This document shows positions 55,504-64,000 of a DNA stretch of 64,000 bases, piece by piece. Within the stretch, counting starts at the first letter, position 1. The number at the start of each line of letters is the position of its first letter. Below the pieces are notes generated by a model. That model saw nothing but the letters and a program-made list of their open reading frames with translations, was not told the DNA's origin and ran no database searches. Source of the DNA: Octopus sinensis (Eukaryota); the NCBI RefSeq assembly GCF_006345805.1, contig NC_043005.1, positions 103,168,001-103,232,000 of the forward strand, written 5' to 3'. Both the position numbers and the translations under genes were made by a program.

Positions 55504-55880
55504 CAGTAGTCTTATTTCTTATCACGTGCTTTCACTGCACTACCGAGTGCAGCTCTCTCTGCTTTGGTTATGTGCTGTGGTGTGTCTTGGTGTTGTTATT
55601 TTCACTGTATCGAAAATGCTTTCCGTAGGACGTGTGCAGTACCTAGTAGTGCTATTTTCTATATGTTATATTCGTAAGCCCTGGTGTTTTTCTTTGTGAT
55701 TTTGTATGTATTTCTTTTAAACATACCTCATGCATCTACTATCATAGAGATCGTTTCTGTTTTTAGACTCCGCATTCAAGTTATCTTTGTTTCCAGATCT
55801 TTGCGTTTTGAGATTTTCTCCGTTTCTTCTGGAGATACATTGCCATCTGTTGAGATTGATACATCGATGAGAAGGTATAT
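55504..55880 (-). mobile_element. Decayed R4/Dong-type LINE 3' end
   Basis: Diverged version of 56229-56610 including the 3' UTR and (AAT)n tail. Confidence 0.85.
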
Positions 55881-56228
55881 ATTATTACTATTTTGGTTTG
55901 ACTCAGGTTCGGTCTTATTCTTGGAACGACTTATGTAGGTAGCGGGTTATTGTCTCTAACCTTAAGTTTCCACAAGTTTTCAGCTGTCTTTCAAGTACTT
56001 AGAACCTTCTTGATAATCTTTGAATGGAATGGGAACAATGGAGTGAACGGGACTGGCACAAAAAACAGGGTACACGAGGGTAGGTGCGAACTCTCACAGC
56101 CTTAGCTAGCAACCCACCTAGTGATGGTGTTATGATAAAAATACTGATGATTGCACAACCTTTCAATAGCTACCTCTAAATGAATGATGTCAAAATTATT
56201 AATCATTATTATTATTATTATTATTATA

Positions 56229-57480
56229 CAGTAGTTTTATTTTTATAGCGTGCTTTCACTTCACTACCGAGCGCAGCTCTGTGTGCCTTGGGTATGTGCT
56301 GTGATTTGTTGTGATGCTCTGATGGTTATTGTATGGAATGTGTTCTGCGTAGGATGTGTGCAGTGCCTAGTAGTGCAATTTTCTGTATGTTATATGTGTT
56401 TGTAAGTCCTGGTGTTTTTGTTATGTATTTGTCTGAATATTTTTTTATCATGCCTAATGCACCTACTATGATAGGAATTGTTTCTGTTTTCAGGTTCCAC
56501 ATTCTAGTTACCTCTATTTCCAGGTCTTTGTATTTTGAGAGTTTCTCCATTTCTTTTAGAGACACGTTGTCATCTGCCAGTATTGATACATCAATTAGAA
56601 AGCATTTTTTTTTCTTCATGATCTCTGACAACTATATCTGGTCTGTTGGCCTTAATTTCTCTATCTGTGTGTATCGGCATATCCCAGAGTATGGTTGCTT
56701 TCTCGTTTTCTGTGACCTTTTCTGGTGTGTGCCTATACCATCTTTTTTCTGTTGTTATTCCATAATGTTGGCATAGCTTCCAATGTATGTAGGTTCCAAC
56801 TCTGTCATGTCTGTGAATATATTCCTTCTTAGCCAGGACTGGGCAGCTAGAGATAATATGATTTATTGTTTCTTGTCCATCTCCACATATTCTGCAGTTA
56901 CTTGTAATATTTCTTTTCATTACATGTTTTTGGTAATTTCTGGTGGGGAGGCTTTGGTCTTGTGCTGCAATTAAAAATCCCTCTGTTTCTGCTTTGAGTC
57001 CTGAGCTTCTCAACCATTGCTGGGATTTTTCTTTGTCTATTTCTTTTGCGTTTAGTTAAGTGCAGTATTTACCATGAAGGGGCTTTTCTTGCCATCGTTT
57101 TATCATGGCTCGTTGCTGTTCTATTTTTAGTTTGGATTTCATTTGTTTTATAGCTTTTGTTGTTTCTTCATCATCTTCTTCTTCTTCTTGTGTTTATTAG
57201 GTGGTATGATTTCTTGTTTGTATTTGTCAGCTTCCTTAAATACTGAGAACAATTTTTTGTTTTGCTCGTGTTTTGCTGCTATCTGGATCAGTTTTCCTTC
57301 CTTCTGAAGTAGGTATTTTTGCAGTCCTATGGTGGTTATTTTATAGTAGTTTTCCAGCTGTATAAGGCCTCTACCACCTTCTATACGTTGTATATATAGT
57401 CTTTCTATGTCAGATTTTGGGTGATGCATCCTAGATCCTGTCAGTATTTTTCTTGTTTTCCTATCTATTTTGGACAGTTC

Positions 57481-57482
<2 letters not shown>
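56229..57482 (-). mobile_element. Young 5'-truncated R4/Dong-type LINE (RT thumb, CCHC, RLE, 3' UTR) in (AAT)n
   Basis: Three consecutive ORF pieces: MHHPKSDIERLYIQRIEGGRGL, CRICGDGQETINHIISSC..RPDIVV and CFLIDVSI..YKDLEIE; only a few frameshifts. Confidence 0.95.
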
Positions 57483-57553
<71 letters not shown>

Positions 57554-58108
57554 GAGTGAGAGAGCAGTTCATGCCATCAAAGTGACACTGGGGTAAAATA
57601 TACGAAGCCCAACATACCCATCATGACTACCCGTCTGATAAGGGTACACCAGGCACATGCATTACAACCATATGTGCGCGACATGGTGATCTCATATCAA
57701 GATAAACAGCACATGACCTTGCAGGTGGGGCCCAGTTAGAATTTTCTTCTGGTTCAGTAGCCCATCCCGCTCAAAAGGTCCCTGAATAAGGATTGTTTAA
57801 GGATGTTGAAAGAACCACCCATGTTTCCGGAGGTGAATTATTTAAACCCCAAAGAATCCCTCTCAACACATAGCTATGATGCTCCCCCACTACTTCTGCT
57901 CGTGATCAGAGATGCACATATCGTCAGCCACTAAGGGACATGCTCAACTGGTTAAAGTCAAACAACTGACAAGCAAATCTGTGGTATTGAGCAGAATATT
58001 TGCTGTAGCCCATCTTTTATACCAAGACAAAACAATGTACATGATAACACTTCCAATCCGTTAAGATCAGAAGCCATGAGAGCCACTGCCTGGTACTGCA
58101 TAAGGGTA
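57554..58108 (-). mobile_element. 555-bp non-coding element inserted in (AAT)n, copy 2
   Basis: See 51934-52487. Confidence 0.85.
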
Positions 58109-58115
58109 TTTATTA

Positions 58116-58180
<65 letters not shown>

Positions 58181-58200
58181 ATTATCATTATTATTATTAG

Positions 58201-58238
<38 letters not shown>

Positions 58239-58286
58239 TATTATTATTATTAGCATTATTACCATCATCATCATCATCATCATTGC

Positions 58287-58330
<44 letters not shown>

Positions 58331-58420
58331 CATTATTAGTATTATACTCATCGCCGTAATCATCACCATGCACAGCAGAAGCAGCAACAGTAGTAGCACT
58401 AGCAGCAGCAGCAGTAGTAA

Positions 58421-58485
<65 letters not shown>

Positions 58486-61080
58486 TTTTTTTCGATGTTA
58501 TTGCAGGTACCTGTTCAATCAAACTATTGCTAATTATACTACATAAAATTACAAGGAAAATATTTATGCGGCTACATAAAATGATGTTGCCTAACATTTC
58601 TTTTTTTTTATCTCTTCAGGTCATTTATTTCGGGAAATCCAATGATTTGAATCTGGCACCAAGTGATTCTATAGTTTTATAAATGACACGCGGTTTGGCA
58701 AAACCTTAAGGAAACTAAATGAAATATCGAATCTTTAGTGGATTAGTGGCCTCTTACCAAAATTGGCGATATTCCAATTCATCTGAGATTGCGTTTGCCT
58801 ATTTCCTGTCAGAATGTGCATACTTCTCGACTGAGGAACAAATCAAGATGGCGCTAAGCCAATATAATTATTGCCGTTCTTGTCAACATTTCTTTCTCCA
58901 TCTAACTGTTCGTCTCTTACCAGTTTCGATTTATCTTTTTCCTCTCTTTATTCTAAAACTCATGGGGCATAATAATTGAAAGGGGAAATGTGACAAATTC
59001 TGTAATTATAAGGGTTTCAGTTTCTATGATACAATACATATACGCATAACAATGTTTTAGTTTAAAGAAAATCAATTAAATATATTCTGGGAAAATTACG
59101 TGCATACTACAGGGAAAATTAATGAATTAATTAATTCTATATATTACCATGTACATAAGAATGCATTTCTACAAATCAATTTCCAGGTAATAACTTATAC
59201 TGGTAATAAAAGGTTCTAAAAAGAACCTTTTTACTGCACCTGCTTAATTCTACCTTTCTACTGCACCTGCATAATTCAAATGCATACGTTAAAGTGTATA
59301 ATGTGTATCGTCTTAAAGAAATTCAGAATAATTCTATATTTCCTGTGTATATTTAACATACATGGTATTGTGAATATTTGATCAGTAATGTAGAAACAGT
59401 GAGTTTGAATGTTTAAAAATAGAGACGCTGCAAAGCTATATAATAGATACGTTGTAAAAATAGTTTATAGTGGTGATGATGGACATTAGAATACAGAGAA
59501 CATGATGAAATGATACACAGAATTTATATGCAGATATACATTAACGTTTTCTGCTCCAGAGTGGGTTATGCTGTTTTAAATTGAAAGATAAATCAAGTAC
59601 AAAAAGCATGATTATAAATCAAGTTGGTGAATAACTGGACGAATTCGACTGTTAAGTGGATATGTCAATGGATTATGTTTAAAATATCAGTTTCTACGTT
59701 GAAGAGTTATATAATATAGCGACTGTGTCTTCACATGTATTTACTATTTGTTCTTTGTGAATGATTCATTCATGTTTACTTACGTAAGGTTTGTTTATCT
59801 GCATCCCTGTAAAGATTTTTTTAGATTCTTTTATACTTACATTACACAAAATGAGATGTCAGTGAGTGTGTATGTAAAATTTATGTATGAATGGATGGAT
59901 TGATTGATGAATAGAGAGAGGGATTCAAAGTCGTGCTTGTCTAGTTAGTGAATTCTGAATGATTGTGATGAACTCAAGCAACTACATGGAGGAAGAGTCA
60001 ATAAATAATACGCGGCTGTTAAGTTTAGTTTAAATTTAGCAATATTTTGTGATGTGATGAAAAGCTTTGAGCACAAATGCAATCTAGTCTCTAACGCAAT
60101 TCCACTGTCTCAGAGGTAGGTTGTATGTCTAAACCCTACGTTACAGGTATTCACTTCAAGCCAATCTGAAACTCAAGATATATAAACACAGAAGATTTCC
60201 TAGTAATGGTAAAAAATTATGGAATATAAACTACAACTGTGGCACACCAGGTTCTAACAGAGGAGATTTGAGAACATTAATCACATGGACAATTCAAAAC
60301 GGTTGTCATACATCTAAACATTTAAGTGGTGGAGCCAATTTAGAAGCTTCTGCCTACTCAATCGTGTTGTAAAAAGAAAAAGCAACCAATATCTCCCTTA
60401 AATATCTGTTTGTGTTTTATATACGGGATTTACTGGATATTCCATTCTTTGATTTGAATAATGATTTTTTGGTCAGTGCTGAAACGATTTTGGCCACGAT
60501 CCTACTTGATTAGTGATGATCTGAGGTTAAATATCCTCCACAACCAAAAACAACAGCAAATATAGAAACACTTATAACAACAATAATAAACTACATCAGC
60601 CTAATCATTTCTCTCCGAATGAGGTGTCCTTGCAGCAGGAAGAATGTTTACTTGAAGACTGTTGTAGAAATATCTACTTCAGCGATGGCAAACTTGTTTT
60701 CTCTTAAATTAGTTCACCGTAAAATTATAAAAACTATTTTATAGATAAATTTTGACTGAAGCAGGAACATACTTGGAATATTAGGAAATAAGTCGTTCAC
60801 CAGTTTCCAGGAATTGTTGATTATTTCTGGGAATATTCAGTTAAGAAACATAAATATACAACATATACAGCAATAAGCTTTGTCAGTGAACAGGTCGCGG
60901 TCTGAAAGCGACGAAAATATTTTGACAAAGTAAATTTAAATGTTGAAGTGAATCTAACGGTTTTGTGCCTTTCTTAAATGGCTTATAAACACCTTCAACG
61001 CTGCAATTGTTTTCGTTCCAGCACACTATCTCAGATCAAATCACTCGCTATGCAAGCACATCACCTTAAAAATATACAAC

Positions 61081-61590
61081 AGTTCTATATTTAAGAGATG
61101 AGGAATTATGTACATTATTTACATTATTTAAAATTAACGGGTATTTGTCCTCAACGTCTTTGTTGTGAACACAACGTTTCGGCTGATATACCCTCCAGCT
61201 ATCATCAGGTGCATTGGGGAAATTTCAAACCTGGATCCTCATTCCTAAGGTATTTTTCAATGATGCTGTTGTTGTTCTTCTTCTTATTATTGTTATTATT
61301 CAGGTCACTGCCTGGAATCGAACTCGGTATCTTGGGGTTAGTAGCCCGCACCATATGCCCCTGTGCAATTATGTAGTGAATTTTAGGGCTTATAAATCTA
61401 ATATTCTCCTATCCTTTCTTAATACCGGTTCCCATATGCTATTCATATCTGCACACGTTCTGTTTAGGAGGTTGTTGTGTCCTAACATATGTGCTGCTTC
61501 TTTTAGTTTTCGTATGTTCCAGTGGTGTTCTCTGTCTATTATTCTAACTTCATCACACAACAAACAAGATGAGGACAAATACACACACAC
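61081..61590 (-). mobile_element. Penelope-like element 3' end: GIY-YIG C-terminus (61390-61555), pLTR, and short inverted pLTR piece at the 5' junction
   Basis: DEVRIIDREHHWNIRKLKEAAHML..NLLNR..MNSIWEPVL; 61555-61590 is an inverted copy of 61141-61170. Confidence 0.85.
61169..61212 (-). ncRNA. Minimal type-I HHR-like motif with canonical core
   Basis: gcac-CTGATGA-t-agctgg(agggtata)tcagcc-GAAA-cgTT-gtgt; palindromic AACGTT. Confidence 0.65.
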
Positions 61591-62344
61591 ATACGTAAAT
61601 ACATACATACATACATACATACATACATACATACATACATACATGCATACATACATACATACATACATACATACATACATACAGACAGACAGACAGACAG
61701 ACAGATGTATTTCAGCTCAGATTCAGTTTTTAAAAAATCAGTTACAAGGCACTGGTTGGCCCAGGCCTATTGTTGGAAACATTAGCCTTTGGATTTCAGC
61801 CCAAACTTCCGTGGTTTCAAAACGAACTGCTTTACAACTCAGTCCCTCATTGTATGAGAGATATTGGTAGCACACCAATCAAGAATTTATCACTTTGCTG
61901 TATTTGTAAAAAGATTTGTTGCTGTTGTTTTTAATTCAGCGTAGGGAGATCTAAGGGGCACTGCGTCGAATACGACGATGGGTGTTTTGATTGATCGGAT
62001 CAAAGGAACAGCCACCTCGGGAAATTAATGTACAAGTGGTTAAGCACTCCACAGGCACGCGCCCCTTTAATGTAGTTCTCAGGGAAATTCAGTGTAACAC
62101 AGAATGTGACTACATTGGCCCTTTGAAATACAGGTACTACTTATTTTTACCAGCTAAGATTTCTGCAAGAATCGTATAACCCTACCACATGGCGATAATA
62201 AATCAAGTTGTACCCCAGCATGGTCACAAAGCAAAAAACCTGCAATCCAGGATTCCAGGGGTTATATTTGTAAATAATTGAGTAATCCATTGTAAAGCAC
62301 CCAGTAATTGTACTGGGCATATGCATAATCATTAAGTCACAGCT

Positions 62345-62675
62345 TTCTACTCTTTCACTCCTTTACTTGTTTCACTCATTTCACTGCGGCCATGCTGGAG
62401 CACTGCCTTTTAGTTACGGGGACGTAAACACACCAGCATCGGTTGACAAGCGATGTTGGGGAGACAAACACAGACACACAAACATATACACACACATACA
62501 TATATATATATATCTGTATATACATATGCAAATATACGACGGGCTTCTTTCAATTTCTGTCTCTCAAATCCACTCACAAGGCTTTGGTCGGCCTGAGACT
62601 ATAGTAGTAGACACTTGCCCAAGATGCCACGCAGTGGGACTGAATCCGGAACCATATAGTTGGTTAGCAAGCAAC
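62345..62675 (-). mobile_element. SINE family B with internal deletion
   Basis: Matches 53537-53938. Confidence 0.88.
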
Positions 62676-63033
62676 TTTATTTCATTAAATTTGTCATGAA
62701 GACAGTACATAGATTGGGTACCTTTGCAGGCTGGACAAATACATTAATGAATTAAAATGAAATAAAATGAATAAATGAGAGACGAAACCCAACACCCACC
62801 GATTGGATTTTTCTCGAAAACATATTTTCTTCTTTTAAACATCAATATGAGGTTTCAAACAGTAAAGAATGTGTGTGCGTATGTGTGTGGATGCTCGCGC
62901 ACGCCCTCGCTCGCATTGGTGATTTACTTTGGTTTTTACCAAAATGCTTGAAAACCGACGTAGACTAGTTTATGCCGCTGTAACATTGCGATGTACTAAA
63001 ACGGAAACAGAATAAGTAGGAGATACAAATTTT

Positions 63034-63236
63034 CTGGTAGATTCGTTAACAACCCGGGCAAAATGCTTAGCAGCATTTCGTCCGTCTTTTGGTTCTGAGT
63101 TCAAATTTTGCTGAGGTCGAATTTGCCTTTCATCCCTTTCAGAGTCAGGAAAGTAATTACCAGCTAAACACCGGGGCCTATGTAGACATCTTATCCACTT
63201 CCTTAAAATTGCTGGCCCTGTACCAAAATTTGAAAC
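63034..63236 (+). mobile_element. SINE family A
   Basis: Family A head and central domain. Confidence 0.85.
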
Positions 63237-63901
63237 AATAATTAGGGTTGATATGGTTAACTAAAACTTTTGAGGCAGTATCTTAGCCGGAGACCAGCGA
63301 GGCAGACGAGAGTGAGAATAGAATTGTAAAAGTATAAAGCATACTTTTATAGATGATGTCAAGTATCACAAGTACTACATAGAGTATATAAACGAATCTA
63401 AACATATTTAAGTGGAGCGAAATTATTCATGTGATATGAGTAAGTGATAATAAATATTATAAATGTAAAACTGTATTGAATGGAATAATAAATTATACTC
63501 TGAAGTGAAGTGTAGAATAAATAAGTTTTAGATTATGAGAGGTTTTATTTCTCTTTCTGCGTATAGCATGTGGGCACCATTATATTACAATAAACAGAAA
63601 GCAAAGCATACAACTCGACGAAACGCTTATATATATACGTAGATGTACACATATATAATTAATAATATATATATATACTCAGACAACCAAATAGGCACAC
63701 GCGCGCAACCAGGCACACTCACGTACATACACACAAACATACACACGCATGCACATACATATATGTATGCATGCTCTATCACCTCAAATACATACAGGTG
63801 ACCCTTTTTCCAATAATGTGCCAGCAGCCGATATTAATTAAGTTTTCAATATCCTCCTTCGCATATTGTTATTATTATTGTTGTTGTTGTTGTTATTGTT
63901 G

Positions 63902-63963
<62 letters not shown>

Positions 63964-64000
63964 GCCGTTGTTCTTCTTGTTTCTATTCTTGTTGGTGTTC

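Noticed and set aside
58719-58979. 86-aa ORF in non-repetitive sequence (also 24001-24318)
   Set aside because: No recognisable domain or splice context; the length is expected by chance.

Overview
AT-rich, repeat-saturated eukaryotic non-coding DNA with no host exon, rRNA or intact tRNA gene that I can support. The SINE families, microsatellite spectrum and LINE types resemble those of octopod cephalopods (likely Octopus; recognition from memory, not from a search). Most ORFs in the supplied track are translated microsatellites. The real coding remnants are all transposon-derived: about nine fragments of R4/Dong-type RT + restriction-like-endonuclease LINEs sitting in (AAT)n tracts, one HERO-like LINE 3' end, CR1-like RT pieces, two Penelope-like (PLE) GIY-YIG remnants, and mariner and maT transposase fragments. 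The most notable signal is at least seven unrelated sequence families of minimal type-I hammerhead-ribozyme (HHR)-like motifs, about 14 copies. Most lie in inverted-repeat pairs that always have the same polarity (minus-strand copy left, plus-strand copy right) and often abut (TA)n. Also present are a 1.4-kb-arm inverted duplication, a 555-bp non-coding (AAT)n-targeting element with fixed ends, and trains of retroelements nested in each other's microsatellite tails. Coordinates were read by eye (about +/-10-20 bp at diverged ends) and identities are visual estimates.
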